A stretch of DNA of 62,323 bases, taken from positions 1 through 62,323 of the IMG/VR virus record IMGVR_UViG_3300042898_000840; one strand, given 5' to 3'. Both the position numbers and the translations under genes were made by a program. This document shows, piece by piece, positions 19,041 through 28,119 of this stretch. Each line of letters starts with the position of its first letter. Position 1 is the first letter of the stretch. The DNA comes from a virus (Duplodnaviria > Caudoviricetes). The notes below the pieces were generated by a model. That model made no database searches. It saw only the letters and a list, made by a program, of their open reading frames with translations, and had not been told where the DNA came from.

Positions 19041-19382
19041 TTAAACTAACGTCAATAGATACAAAGTCTTATTGATAAGAGCCAACATCTCATCCATGAT
19101 GTTTTGCAACTCACTTGGATAATTGTTACGCTCTCCATCAATTGTCTTCTGCATTGACTTCAAATGATCAGCTGCATTAGCAACCTTTGACTCAGGAATT
19201 ACAATTGGAATTCGCTTGTTCCGACCAAAGTACACCTCAGTAAATGAGTCAGTCAAGTCTAAAATTCCATCATAGTAGCCTCCCAAAGCCTTGTGCTCTG
19301 CAAATGATGTTGTTTGTAAATGCTGCAAGTGCATCATGTCTCTCGATTGGAATAGCATCCCAATAAATTTTCCTGTTTCCAT
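19041..19382 (-). CDS. Ferritin/Dps-like four-helix protein (DUF5856-like)
   Basis: HLQHLQTTSFAEHKALGGYYD...DSFTE...ELQNIMDEM...KTLYLLTL. Confidence 0.75.
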   Translation of the reverse strand: METGKFIGMLFQSRDMMHLQHLQTTSFAEHKALGGYYDGILDLTDSFTEVYFGRNKRIPIVIPESKVANAADHLKSMQKTIDGERNNYPSELQNIMDEMLALINKTLYLLTLV

Positions 19383-19386
19383 ACTG

Positions 19387-19394
19387 CAAATTTA
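19387..19394 (-). promoter_or_regulatory. TAnnTTTG promoter box; mRNA probably leaderless
   Basis: TAAATTTG lies only 4 nt before the ATG at 19382. Confidence 0.55.
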
Positions 19395-19574
19395 AGATTT
19401 CTTTCTGTTATTTAAATCTAACCAAGAGCCAAGGTAAAGTGGCATCATTGCATAACCTGCTAGAAGAGATAGTATTATCTTGATGAAAATATCACGATAA
19501 TTATCATCCTCATCGTGTGTTACTCCAAATGTAAAACATGCTGAAAATAACACATAAAATATAAACCACCACAT
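19392..19574 (-). CDS. Small membrane protein
   Basis: Two hydrophobic segments. Confidence 0.55.
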   Translation of the reverse strand: MWWFIFYVLFSACFTFGVTHDEDDNYRDIFIKIILSLLAGYAMMPLYLGSWLDLNNRKKS

Positions 19575-19576
19575 AA

Positions 19577-19921
19577 TTAGAACGGTAACTCTTCGTCATC
19601 ATTGCTTGCAATAGTGATAGCAACAGGCGCAGCACCCACTGTATCTACCTTAAAAGCATTCAACGTATTGAAATACTTAATGTCACCAGATGGCGATCTC
19701 CACTCTCTTCCACGTAGATTGAAAGACACCTCAACCTCTTGACCTTCCATTATACTATCAAGTAATGTTGTCTTGTCTTGCGTTAACTCGAACATGATGT
19801 CTTGAGGATACTTTTCCTCCGAACCATCAGTCACAACGAACTCACGCTTGCTAAACTTGTCTGACACTTGCTGTGTCTGTCTGATCACCTTGATCACACC
19901 CTTCATTTTAAATGCACTCAT
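19577..19921 (-). CDS. DUF3127-family OB-fold single-stranded DNA-binding-like protein
   Basis: FSKREFVVT...YPQ...VEVSFNLRGREW...YFNTLNAFK; acidic DDEELPF tail. Confidence 0.85.
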   Translation of the reverse strand: MSAFKMKGVIKVIRQTQQVSDKFSKREFVVTDGSEEKYPQDIMFELTQDKTTLLDSIMEGQEVEVSFNLRGREWRSPSGDIKYFNTLNAFKVDTVGAAPVAITIASNDDEELPF

Positions 19922-19943
19922 TTATTTATTTATTTATTGGTTA

Positions 19944-20111
19944 CTAAAAAGGACCGTCAGTCAACACCTCTTGCTGTCTGTGGGTAAAATGCTCGCTGAC
20001 ATATCTCAATAGTTCAGCCATTGTTTGGAATACTAACACGTAGTCAGTTGTTCCGTTTTTTACGGTATCTCTTAAGATATACCCGTTCTTTACTTGTTGT
20101 ATCTCTATCAT
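19944..20111 (-). CDS. Hypothetical protein (55 aa)
   Basis: Hand-translated MIEIQQVKNGYIL...; ATGA overlap with the upstream gene. Confidence 0.6.
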   Translation of the reverse strand: MIEIQQVKNGYILRDTVKNGTTDYVLVFQTMAELLRYVSEHFTHRQQEVLTDGPF

Positions 20112-20875
20112 TTGTTTATTAGTTTTTGGTAATACTCATCGGCATACTCCTTAGCTGCCTTAACTCTTCGCTCAATCTTTAATATGTCATCGTCTGTCAA
20201 CTCTACTGGAACAACAGTCACACATAACCTCTTGTCTATGAAGTCATCAATGTAGTGCAAAGACTCACTCTCCCACTCAGGCTTAATCTCTGGAGGAGTG
20301 CTAACCAATACATGCGCTACCTCACCATGCCTCCACTCCTCACCTGTAATCTTACTCAGCTTGTACAAGTACAGCTTAACCTGCCACTGATATCCTAAAT
20401 CATACGCTTTCTCAGGGGTTTTAGGAAAAGTCTTTTTCGTCCAAGATGACTTGATGTCGATAACCTTTCTTCTCTCACAATCAACAATGTCAGGGTGTCC
20501 ACCAAGTATATCATACGTAATATAATAATACTTGTCTGCCTCAACTAGCTTATTGTACTTAGTGCCGAACACATCGTTGTAGACCTCAATTGAATCAACC
20601 TCAACAGCCCAACCTTTCTCGGTTATTGGACTAGAGAAGTTACTCTCATACCGATATACTTTACGATCGACATACTCCTCGATTAACGTCTTTGCTCCTG
20701 CCGACAGTTCAGCAGGCGCATCACGCTTGGCTATCAACTCGTCACGTTTCTCGGCCTGCTTCTCCGTCAGTTTTATCTTATCGAGCAACTCTTCGAGTAG
20801 TTCAGCCTGCTTTGCTGTCAACCCATCATCACCCAAAAACACAGGACTTGCTGTCGATGCCCTAAGCCGCAGCAT
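20108..20875 (-). CDS. YqaJ/lambda-type PD-(D/E)xK exonuclease
   Basis: RAS...EKG...E...GHPD...IDIKSSW...YQWQVKLY. Confidence 0.8.
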   Translation of the reverse strand: MLRLRASTASPVFLGDDGLTAKQAELLEELLDKIKLTEKQAEKRDELIAKRDAPAELSAGAKTLIEEYVDRKVYRYESNFSSPITEKGWAVEVDSIEVYNDVFGTKYNKLVEADKYYYITYDILGGHPDIVDCERRKVIDIKSSWTKKTFPKTPEKAYDLGYQWQVKLYLYKLSKITGEEWRHGEVAHVLVSTPPEIKPEWESESLHYIDDFIDKRLCVTVVPVELTDDDILKIERRVKAAKEYADEYYQKLINK

Positions 20876-21362
20876 CCTCTAGCTGTTTTAATTGCTCAGG
20901 TGTGAGCTTATACTGTGACTTGATTAGATCTAATGACGTTGATTTAGTCTTGACAGCCTCAATGGCTACCTTCAGACTGCTGTCCGTCAATACCTTCATC
21001 TCACCCTTCTTAGCAGGTAATGGTCGTGTACTGAATCGCAAAGCCTCAACCATTCCTTGTGGGCTCTTTACCTTCTCAACTCCCAATACTATCTGCTTAC
21101 CTACATAGTCGTCAGGATTGAATGAATCAAAGAAAGTCTCCAACCTCTTGAAGTTCGTTCGGTTTGTTACCATAGGTTTCGAGAACTCTCGAAGCTTGAT
21201 GAATACCTTCTGCTCCTTACCCATCTCCCCAACAAAGGTATCTTGATATACCTTATCGATTGTTACGACTCGTGGCTCGTACTTACCATTTACTTCTAAA
21301 TCCCAAGCACCCAGGTACTTGTTGTCGGCCATCATGTTGCGCCAGTGTGTTTGATTATTCAT
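20862..21362 (-). CDS. Probable recombination (single-strand annealing-associated) protein
   Basis: THWR...YLGAWDL...TN...GKQI...LR pattern; located next to the exonuclease and SSB genes. Confidence 0.5.
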   Translation of the reverse strand: MNNQTHWRNMMADNKYLGAWDLEVNGKYEPRVVTIDKVYQDTFVGEMGKEQKVFIKLREFSKPMVTNRTNFKRLETFFDSFNPDDYVGKQIVLGVEKVKSPQGMVEALRFSTRPLPAKKGEMKVLTDSSLKVAIEAVKTKSTSLDLIKSQYKLTPEQLKQLEDAAA

Positions 21363-21372
21363 TTGATTTAAT

Positions 21373-21753
21373 TTAAGGGGTTACAAACTTAACTAATCTT
21401 TGTTGATAATACAACAATTTGTCACGATTTTTTTGTATTTTTTTCTGCATTGCCTCAGGAGAACTGATGCAGTTGCTATCGATAAGGTGCTCTTGCCACT
21501 CAATTTTTTCATTAATGACATTTATATTAACAGTCAGACATCCTGCCTCCCATCCTTGCTTATCAAATATCTCTCGCTCATCGTCACAAACATCCCTGAA
21601 TTTCTCATTTGGAGTCATCGTGTTTTTCACCTCTATGTGGCCATCCTCATCAAACTTCTCAATCTTAACACCCATGTCAAGATACCACAGACTCACTCTA
21701 GTGTGGTAGAGTGAGACATGTGGATTTTCTTCTAAGTCTTGCCAAGCTTTCAT
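21373..21753 (-). CDS. Hypothetical protein
   Basis: ORF in operon. Confidence 0.65.
   Translation of the reverse strand: MKAWQDLEENPHVSLYHTRVSLWYLDMGVKIEKFDEDGHIEVKNTMTPNEKFRDVCDDEREIFDKQGWEAGCLTVNINVINEKIEWQEHLIDSNCISSPEAMQKKIQKNRDKLLYYQQRLVKFVTP
21384..21391 (-). promoter_or_regulatory. TAnnTTTG promoter box for the recombination operon
   Basis: TAAGTTTG 21 nt upstream of ATG 21362. Confidence 0.5.
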
Positions 21754-22136
21754 TTAACACGATATATTAAGTTCAATGGCCTATTCTTCTCACTGATGAC
21801 AGTAAAGAAATCCTTGTCCTCACTACCATCAAACTCACCAAACATAATCTTATACCTATCACCATCAACAATCATTAAGCTGACAATTTGACTCTCAATG
21901 TTGTTACCGAAGAATGCAAAGTCAATCGGGTTCTTCATGATGTCAAACACAACATCATTCGTGTCAGCTCCATTCATGTCACTGACATAGTTGTACTTCC
22001 TTACGGCATCCCTTATGTTCTTGAACGACATCTCGTACAAGCCATGCTTGTTCTTCTTGAATCCATCAACTGCCAATAGTTGACCAAACGCTGACATGCT
22101 ACCTAGTAACATGAAAGTAAATACTAACCTACCCAT
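21750..22136 (-). CDS. Secreted/periplasmic hypothetical protein
   Basis: Signal-peptide-like N-terminus ending SAFG-Q. Confidence 0.6.
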   Translation of the reverse strand: MGRLVFTFMLLGSMSAFGQLLAVDGFKKNKHGLYEMSFKNIRDAVRKYNYVSDMNGADTNDVVFDIMKNPIDFAFFGNNIESQIVSLMIVDGDRYKIMFGEFDGSEDKDFFTVISEKNRPLNLIYRVK

Positions 22137-22411
22137 AATATAAAATTTACAATTAAAAATATTACTGATGCCATCATTCCAAAGAATCCAATGTATACCC
22201 CACCAACCCGAAGTATATCATTTTTAAGCATACTGCTTGATGACATAATTAAAAAGAAAATTGTTGGCATTAAAATAATCGCTATCGCATTAAACATATG
22301 TATAAAATTTGATTGTCCTTACTAAATCTCTTTAAAGCGTCACCATAACTTGACGCTTCTAATGTTATACCCGTACACAGATCATTGTCTATCAGGTAAC
22401 AAATGTGATAT

Positions 22412-22711
22412 CTACTCATGCTCCATCAGTTTTTTAAATTCAGCAACCGTTCGATCACCTACTCCATTAAATAAATAAAACTTATCTATATCAATCTCAG
22501 ATAAATCTTCCAGCTTGACATTGTAATCAAAGTACCTATACAAAATATTGTAAAGCCTTGGACTTATAACGCCAGCATAATACATATCCTTAATACGTGT
22601 ATGCCTATTGATCGTGGCTGTCATCATCTTGCTCAACCTAATCTGAGCCTGCTCATCTTGGTAACGCTTGACCGTAGCCATAGCATTATCGTACTGTCGT
22701 TTTGTTATCAT
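22412..22711 (-). CDS. RNA polymerase alpha-CTD-like protein
   Basis: ISPRLYNIL...KLEDLSEID...NGVGDRTVAEFKKLM parallels the alpha-CTD pattern LSVRxxNxL...NxGxKSxxEI. Confidence 0.6.
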   Translation of the reverse strand: MITKRQYDNAMATVKRYQDEQAQIRLSKMMTATINRHTRIKDMYYAGVISPRLYNILYRYFDYNVKLEDLSEIDIDKFYLFNGVGDRTVAEFKKLMEHE

Positions 22712-22826
22712 TTCATTCTAATATTTGGTATTAATAATAATCCGAATAACGGATACCCAGACCTCGTGAAGTAACATACCGAACCTAATAAGACTAGGTA
22801 CGCTACGTAAATTATTGTTACGTGTT

Positions 22827-23138
22827 TCATAAATCTCTCAATTTAGCGGCAAACTCATAGTCCTCACAATCAACAGCTCGTTGTAAAGCCTGATCCTTCT
22901 GATCAAGCAGGACGAACTCATCCTGAGGTGTCCACATCAATCCCTTTGTGTCCAGCATCATCCCACACTTGCACATAACCGCTTGATGATTAGAGCGTTG
23001 CCCTATGTTAATTAAAGTCTTCATGCACATAACACAATACGATAATGAATTTACCATGTACACACTTCCCTTCATCCTGAACTGACATCTATCGTCAGGT
23101 GGATTACTTAACGCTATTACTTTGTCTCCTATTTTCAT
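22827..23138 (-). CDS. Zn-finger protein with C-terminal UVR (UvrB/C) motif
   Basis: CVMC/CKCG and QRAVDCEDYEFAAKLRD. Confidence 0.7.
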   Translation of the reverse strand: MKIGDKVIALSNPPDDRCQFRMKGSVYMVNSLSYCVMCMKTLINIGQRSNHQAVMCKCGMMLDTKGLMWTPQDEFVLLDQKDQALQRAVDCEDYEFAAKLRDL

Positions 23139-23320
23139 ATATCCCTCAGTATTGCGCAGACCTCATAGTACTCATGCTCTATAGCTCTGCTGGTTAATGA
23201 CTCGCTGATCTCAGCCCAATTATCCATTATTATCTTTGCATTACGCAACGACTTCTCCTGTACATCAATAGGTAGCTCCAGCAACCTTGTCAATATCTCA
23301 TCTGCTAATTCTGTCTCCAT
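23135..23320 (-). CDS. Small UVR-motif protein
   Basis: RAIEHEYYEVCAILRD. Confidence 0.6.
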   Translation of the reverse strand: METELADEILTRLLELPIDVQEKSLRNAKIIMDNWAEISESLTSRAIEHEYYEVCAILRDI

Positions 23321-23409
23321 ATCTTTCTCTTAAATAGTTATACCATTCTTCCTTCTTCCTTCCGTTGACGAACAGCCAACCGAAGTAAATCTCAAATATT
23401 CGTTTCATT

Positions 23410-23601
23410 CTATTCTGATTTAAAGGTTTCGTTGTAGTAATCAATACCTGAATTACTCCAATTTTCATTATTTGGATTTATCCTATAAGCATCCATTATC
23501 TGCTCTTTCTCCATTTCTTTGGCTTGTTTGAATAACATTGAACTGTTCGGAATTTCCGAATTATTGAACATTTCTTCCAACCATTCTACTGCTGTTTTCA
23601 T
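23410..23601 (-). CDS. Conserved small phage protein (TAVEWL...QAKEMEKEQI type)
   Basis: Motif pattern recurrent in Bacteroidota phages. Confidence 0.7.
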   Translation of the reverse strand: MKTAVEWLEEMFNNSEIPNSSMLFKQAKEMEKEQIMDAYRINPNNENWSNSGIDYYNETFKSE

Positions 23602-24173
23602 ATTCTTCTTAGTATTAAGTTATTATTGTCGTCTAGTTTGGGTGCATAACCAGTAGTCGTTATCTTATGACCACTACCCTTAACTCCCTTGATAGCACCA
23701 TATACTTTTGTCTGCTTAATTGTATGGCACTCAATCTCAACTTCAATTTCGGTTGGTTGGAGCGATTGGATAATTTCACCATAGGATAAATCATCTAAAA
23801 CAAATCTTGGTTCTGTTGGTCTACCATACCCATTATGGGTTTCTTTAACACTACCTTGTTTTGCTTTATCAATAGCCCTTTTCATATCCTCCAAAGTAAA
23901 CACCTTATCTTTATTCAACTCCATTGCTTTGTTGAAGCCATTTTTAAATCCATATTCCGTATCATCTTGTGCTGTTGGATATATTGAATAGTTCTTAGCA
24001 AAATCTTCAGCCAACTTCTCAACATCAACAACCCCAAATATCTCATCACAGTTTTGTTTGGATAGTTTATTTACTATTTCGTATTGAAGATATAAATCAT
24101 CAGTAGTTCCAAATGGCTTACCTTCTACAAACAAATAATAATTACTCTCTCTTTTAATTAATCTACCTTTCAT
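23598..24173 (-). CDS. Hypothetical protein
   Basis: 191-aa ORF with overlapping junctions. Confidence 0.7.
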   Translation of the reverse strand: MKGRLIKRESNYYLFVEGKPFGTTDDLYLQYEIVNKLSKQNCDEIFGVVDVEKLAEDFAKNYSIYPTAQDDTEYGFKNGFNKAMELNKDKVFTLEDMKRAIDKAKQGSVKETHNGYGRPTEPRFVLDDLSYGEIIQSLQPTEIEVEIECHTIKQTKVYGAIKGVKGSGHKITTTGYAPKLDDNNNLILRRI

Positions 24174-24805
24174 AACTTCCTTCTTTTAATAAATAAATCA
24201 TCCTCTTCCCTCTCATATCCTATGCTTCGCGCATACCTTATGAGATCATTCATTGTAACTATACCAAAATCCTTAAGCAATTCATACATATCTTTTGTTG
24301 TCTTGGTATTGACTATCCCACTATTCAACTTCTCCATCGTAAGGTAATACCTATCTGCCATCTTATTGTTGATCTCAATAAGCTTTTCATTACTAATCTT
24401 ACCATCCTTCTTCCTCAGATTAGCTTCAGCCCACAACGGTCGAACGTTCTGCCATCTTAACAAATGATCTAACTGCTTCTCGTCATTCGCATTTGATAGT
24501 GGAGCAATATGGTCTATGTGCCATGCGCCATGATTATCCCATGACATTCCAATTTCAAATTTTGACTCAATGTGATTCCTTATCTTTCGAAATGTACATC
24601 CTAATTCAACGCTATACGAATCATCAGTAATCTTTTTTGAGAAGATAAACCTATTACATTTATATCTCTTTTGAGATACCAAATACTTAAAGTCTTTTGT
24701 TGGTTTTGGTTTCTTTGGTGGCAGCTTTAAACATTCAATACAGGTTAAATGTCTTTTGGACCAAAATCTTACTTCAGTCCTTCCGCAATTTTTACATTCT
24801 TTCAT
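24170..24805 (-). CDS. HNH endonuclease
   Basis: LGC...HIESKF...MSWDNHGAWHIDHIAPLS...NVRPLWAEANLRK; N-terminal CxxC pairs. Confidence 0.8.
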   Translation of the reverse strand: MKECKNCGRTEVRFWSKRHLTCIECLKLPPKKPKPTKDFKYLVSQKRYKCNRFIFSKKITDDSYSVELGCTFRKIRNHIESKFEIGMSWDNHGAWHIDHIAPLSNANDEKQLDHLLRWQNVRPLWAEANLRKKDGKISNEKLIEINNKMADRYYLTMEKLNSGIVNTKTTKDMYELLKDFGIVTMNDLIRYARSIGYEREEDDLFIKRRKL

Positions 24806-24812
24806 AACGCAA

Positions 24813-24903
24813 AAATCCCCTCGTAAAAAATATAGTTCCTCACTCCTATATCATTACAAAGGGATTTGTTAATGTTTTTACTGTGTGAGGAAATACAAAT
24901 ATA
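24813..24903 (-). promoter_or_regulatory. Promoter box and structured (pseudoknot-capable) leader of the HNH gene
   Basis: TATATTTG at 24896-24903; the 5' TTCCTCAC is complementary to the GTGAGGAA loop of a long hairpin that ends 7 nt before the ATG. Confidence 0.55.
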
Positions 24904-24904
24904 A

Positions 24905-25225
24905 TAATAATGTTGACTATATACAAATAATGTTGAAATATTTTAATTTTAGTGTTAATTTTCTATCTGATTATTAGTTAGTTATGTTAATTTTTGGGAA
25001 CTATACTTCCTACTATAAGAAAAAAATAAAATATATAAGAAAATAAGAAAATAGGATAATAGGAAAATTTCCCCGTTGTATTTTTTTTATTTTGGCTAGT
25101 TGGTAAAAAAGTCAACATTTCAACACTAAAATTGATTAATTGACTGATTATCAAGCAACTAACTTTTTTCAGTTAACACAAAATCGCAAATTTCAACACT
25201 ATTTTCAATAATTCCAACATTCTAA
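24905..25225. other. Candidate replication origin
   Basis: ORF-free and AT-rich; TGTTGA/TGTTAA repeats on the left face TCAACA/TTAACA repeats on the right across a purine-skewed spacer. Confidence 0.45.
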
Positions 25226-25292
25226 AACTCTAGTTTTATAGTCTATCTTTCTCACAATCAACAGTTTAAGTAGTCTTAATTAAAGTAATACT

Positions 25293-25457
25293 TTAAATCA
25301 ATCCGTTCTCCCTGAACTCTCGAAGCAATCCAGCTCTCTTACCTATCTTTCTGATTTCATTTTGGTATAATACTATTTCTCCCAGACTGATCTGTTGGAT
25401 GGATTGCATTTCGTTATACAGTTCAATTGCTCGTTCTCTTGCTTGGTCTTTTTTCAT
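25293..25457 (-). CDS. Small early protein (54 aa)
   Basis: Hand-translated MKKDQARERAIE...GKRAGLLREFRENGLI. Confidence 0.7.
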   Translation of the reverse strand: MKKDQARERAIELYNEMQSIQQISLGEIVLYQNEIRKIGKRAGLLREFRENGLI

Positions 25458-25522
25458 ATCTATAAGTTTTAATTAATTCCAGTCCAACCATTCTATTATC
25501 AGGTCGTTTATTTCTTCGTCTC

Positions 25523-25741
25523 TCATGGCTTCTCGTTTAATATGTCAATACTTATTTTGATTGCTAACCAAATTTGATCGGTCGTGTCGTTATTTGTTAA
25601 CGCCATTTCTAAAACTTGTCTCGCTTGGTCTTTCTGTATGTTGCCATCAGCTACATTATACACATCTTGAATGTGCCATAGGTTGTCCACAAAGTATCCT
25701 GCATCTCGCAAGACTTCTTTTGCTTTTAGTATCTCATTCAT
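25523..25741 (-). CDS. Small early protein
   Basis: LRDAGYFVDNLWHIQDV; operonic. Confidence 0.7.
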   Translation of the reverse strand: MNEILKAKEVLRDAGYFVDNLWHIQDVYNVADGNIQKDQARQVLEMALTNNDTTDQIWLAIKISIDILNEKP

Positions 25742-25955
25742 ATCCTTCTAACTTTTCTAACTTTATTCCAATTGGTCTTAATCCAAACGGCTCGGCATCT
25801 AATCCATAATCTAACGTATAACCGATTTCCTCTAGTTCATTGGTTAATCTTTGCAGATCTAGATAGTCATTCGTGCATTCGTCCTCGTTGAATGATTCAA
25901 GTATCGCTTGTACTTCGCTAGGTATTAATTCGGGTGTTTCAAATAGGTCTCTCAT
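25734..25955 (-). CDS. Small early protein
   Basis: MRDLFETPELIP...GYTLDYGLDAEPFGL; tagccATG start. Confidence 0.7.
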   Translation of the reverse strand: MRDLFETPELIPSEVQAILESFNEDECTNDYLDLQRLTNELEEIGYTLDYGLDAEPFGLRPIGIKLEKLEGYE

Positions 25956-25966
25956 GGCTATAAGTT

Positions 25967-26158
25967 TTATAGATTGCAAAAAAAGTCTTCATCGGTAAAC
26001 ATTATACCTTCATGTTTTTTTATTACATAATCCATTCTCATTTGATTAGGTAGATAAACCGCATCAAGCTTATCGGGATCGTTATCTAATAAATAGTTGA
26101 AATAATTAACTCTTAATTCTTCTAACTCATCTTGGTTTAATTCGTGTACTGTTCTCAT
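25967..26158 (-). CDS. Small early protein
   Basis: tagccATG start; 63 aa. Confidence 0.7.
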   Translation of the reverse strand: MRTVHELNQDELEELRVNYFNYLLDNDPDKLDAVYLPNQMRMDYVIKKHEGIMFTDEDFFCNL

Positions 26159-26160
26159 GG

Positions 26161-26385
26161 CTATTTAAATTTAAAAATTGTTAGTAGGTTAATCATTCTG
26201 TATGCTCTCTTATGAACATCGTATACGACCATTAAGTTATGGTCATTTGGATCGAATCGCAATCCGATCCCTTTGATGTTCTTCTTTACTCCCAGTCGAG
26301 CGGTCATTCTTCTTTCTGTGCCATCCTTCTTGATGAAACTAACGGAAAAGAATCTTCCGTTAGTGGCTAAAATCTGTTCTTTCAT
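26161..26385 (-). CDS. Small SH3/WYL-like beta-barrel protein
   Basis: FFSVSFIKKDGTERRM...VVYDV...YRMIN. Confidence 0.65.
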   Translation of the reverse strand: MKEQILATNGRFFSVSFIKKDGTERRMTARLGVKKNIKGIGLRFDPNDHNLMVVYDVHKRAYRMINLLTIFKFK

Positions 26386-26920
26386 ATTGATATATTTCTT
26401 GGTTATAAAATAAACTTACATAGGAATCTTTGATATCCCATGGTTCTTCAAATCGTTCGTTCTCACAGATGAACTGTAGTATACTTCCTACTTGATGTTC
26501 ATTCCATTTGTTCATCCAATCCTTTGGATCGTTTGAATGATAAGATATGAATCCGTCGCGAGAAGTGTACGTGTGTTTGATATACTCGCTGAATTTCTCG
26601 TAGTTATCTTTGAGGTATTGTTTTACCTTAGTCTTATTTAACGTTATCTCGCAGTATATTGTATCATCGCTGAAGTTGTAGTACTTTGGACTTACCAATC
26701 TTTCGAATTCAATGTGTGATACAAAGTCTGATAAAAGGTATTGAACTTCGTTACACATCTCTTTTGATATGTGATTGTAGTAACTTGTCCAATCAACGAA
26801 TTCCCAAAACTCCTTGTCACTTGGTAATTCGAAGATGTCTTCTTCACCATCGAAACATGGTTCGCTCCAGTGCGAATTGTAGAATCCACTGAATAGTGGT
26901 AGATATGTTTTTGCTTTCAT
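26360..26920 (-). CDS. Early hypothetical protein
   Basis: LPLFSGFYNS...SPKYYNFSDD...YTSRDGFISY. Confidence 0.7.
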   Translation of the reverse strand: MKAKTYLPLFSGFYNSHWSEPCFDGEEDIFELPSDKEFWEFVDWTSYYNHISKEMCNEVQYLLSDFVSHIEFERLVSPKYYNFSDDTIYCEITLNKTKVKQYLKDNYEKFSEYIKHTYTSRDGFISYHSNDPKDWMNKWNEHQVGSILQFICENERFEEPWDIKDSYVSLFYNQEIYQYERTDFSH

Positions 26921-26923
26921 GGC

Positions 26924-27109
26924 TTAAAATTTTGTTTTGGTTAAAAAATATTTATAAACTTCAGGAATATGTTTTTTGTAGTAAGGCTGTTCTGACTTAC
27001 ACCATTTTTTCAATTCTTCTTTATCTTTGAATGTTTGGTATTTGAATGTTATTTCTAATTCATCTATAAAATCTTGGACTGTCCATCCTTCCCATACGTG
27101 TCTATTCAT
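26924..27109 (-). CDS. Small early protein
   Basis: HVWEGWTVQDFIDEL...WCKSEQPYYKK. Confidence 0.7.
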   Translation of the reverse strand: MNRHVWEGWTVQDFIDELEITFKYQTFKDKEELKKWCKSEQPYYKKHIPEVYKYFLTKTKF

Positions 27110-27120
27110 GGCTATTTGTT

Positions 27121-27396
27121 TTACTCAGCGCACAATTCCCATGGCTGAAGATTAATAATTGCTTTTGTTCCTCCTAACTGCTTGACAATAAATCTTGCTA
27201 GCTTTCTATTTACTTTTTCATCTTGGATATGTGCACTACCAATTTGTTTCACGAGGTCTCTTGGTGATATACCTAGTATTCTATGGCAGAACTTAACGTC
27301 CTGCCCTAGATAGAATGATTTGTAACGTGATTTTGTTTTGATAATTAATGTCCAATTTCGATCGAATCCGTAATTCGATGATATTACTATGTTCAT
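27121..27396 (-). CDS. Small early protein
   Basis: FYLGQDVKFC; operonic. Confidence 0.7.
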   Translation of the reverse strand: MNIVISSNYGFDRNWTLIIKTKSRYKSFYLGQDVKFCHRILGISPRDLVKQIGSAHIQDEKVNRKLARFIVKQLGGTKAIINLQPWELCAE

Positions 27397-27398
27397 GA

Positions 27399-28106
27399 TT
27401 AATGGTTTAATATGTAAATTGATTTGTTTGATTTTGTTCCTAGTGTACCACTACACAAACCACATTTGCTACATGTAGACTTGAATCCTGCTTCCTTGCT
27501 TGCAGGACAATTGACAATTCCATCAATCTTTGATTCCGTAGCAATGTAACTTCTATATCCTTTCATCCTTGCGATAATCTCTCCGTTGATGTCATGCGTA
27601 GATGCCATGAAGAATTCACTTAATTCGTTACGCATCCATTGGTGAGTATATCCAGTCCAATTGTCTGCTACATTTGTCATTTCCTGAATCATCTTAATTG
27701 GGTGCAATGATGGTTCACCATACGTTCCGAATCGAACGAATGTTGATTTTGACATTTCTCTTGCTTTAAGAATCATATCGTACTTGAATGTAGGTACATT
27801 TTCGAATGTTGGATATTCTTTCGCAATACTTTTTAGCATGCTGATAAACCCAACATACTGATTGAATTTGTGCGTATAACATTTTCCGAATTCATTGAAT
27901 GGACAATCCAAGCAATTTGTATCAGCGTTACTGAAGAATGTCTTCATTCCATCATTCGTTCCATTGGCAATCAATTCATACTGTTTTCTGCTGAATGTGT
28001 ACGTTTGGACAATTTTTCTTTTCTTGTCTGATTCAATCTTATTGTTGCTAGTGGTTGACTTGCTGATTACTTGCAATGTGTCACCAATTCTAAAAATTAG
28101 TTTCAT
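27399..28106 (-). CDS. Cys-rich, putative Fe-S / radical-SAM-like phage protein
   Basis: CLDCP..CY, VRFGTYGEP, WTGYTHQW, FMAS, CPAS...CSKCGLC. Confidence 0.6.
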   Translation of the reverse strand: MKLIFRIGDTLQVISKSTTSNNKIESDKKRKIVQTYTFSRKQYELIANGTNDGMKTFFSNADTNCLDCPFNEFGKCYTHKFNQYVGFISMLKSIAKEYPTFENVPTFKYDMILKAREMSKSTFVRFGTYGEPSLHPIKMIQEMTNVADNWTGYTHQWMRNELSEFFMASTHDINGEIIARMKGYRSYIATESKIDGIVNCPASKEAGFKSTCSKCGLCSGTLGTKSNKSIYILNH

Positions 28107-28119
28107 GGTTATTTGTTTT

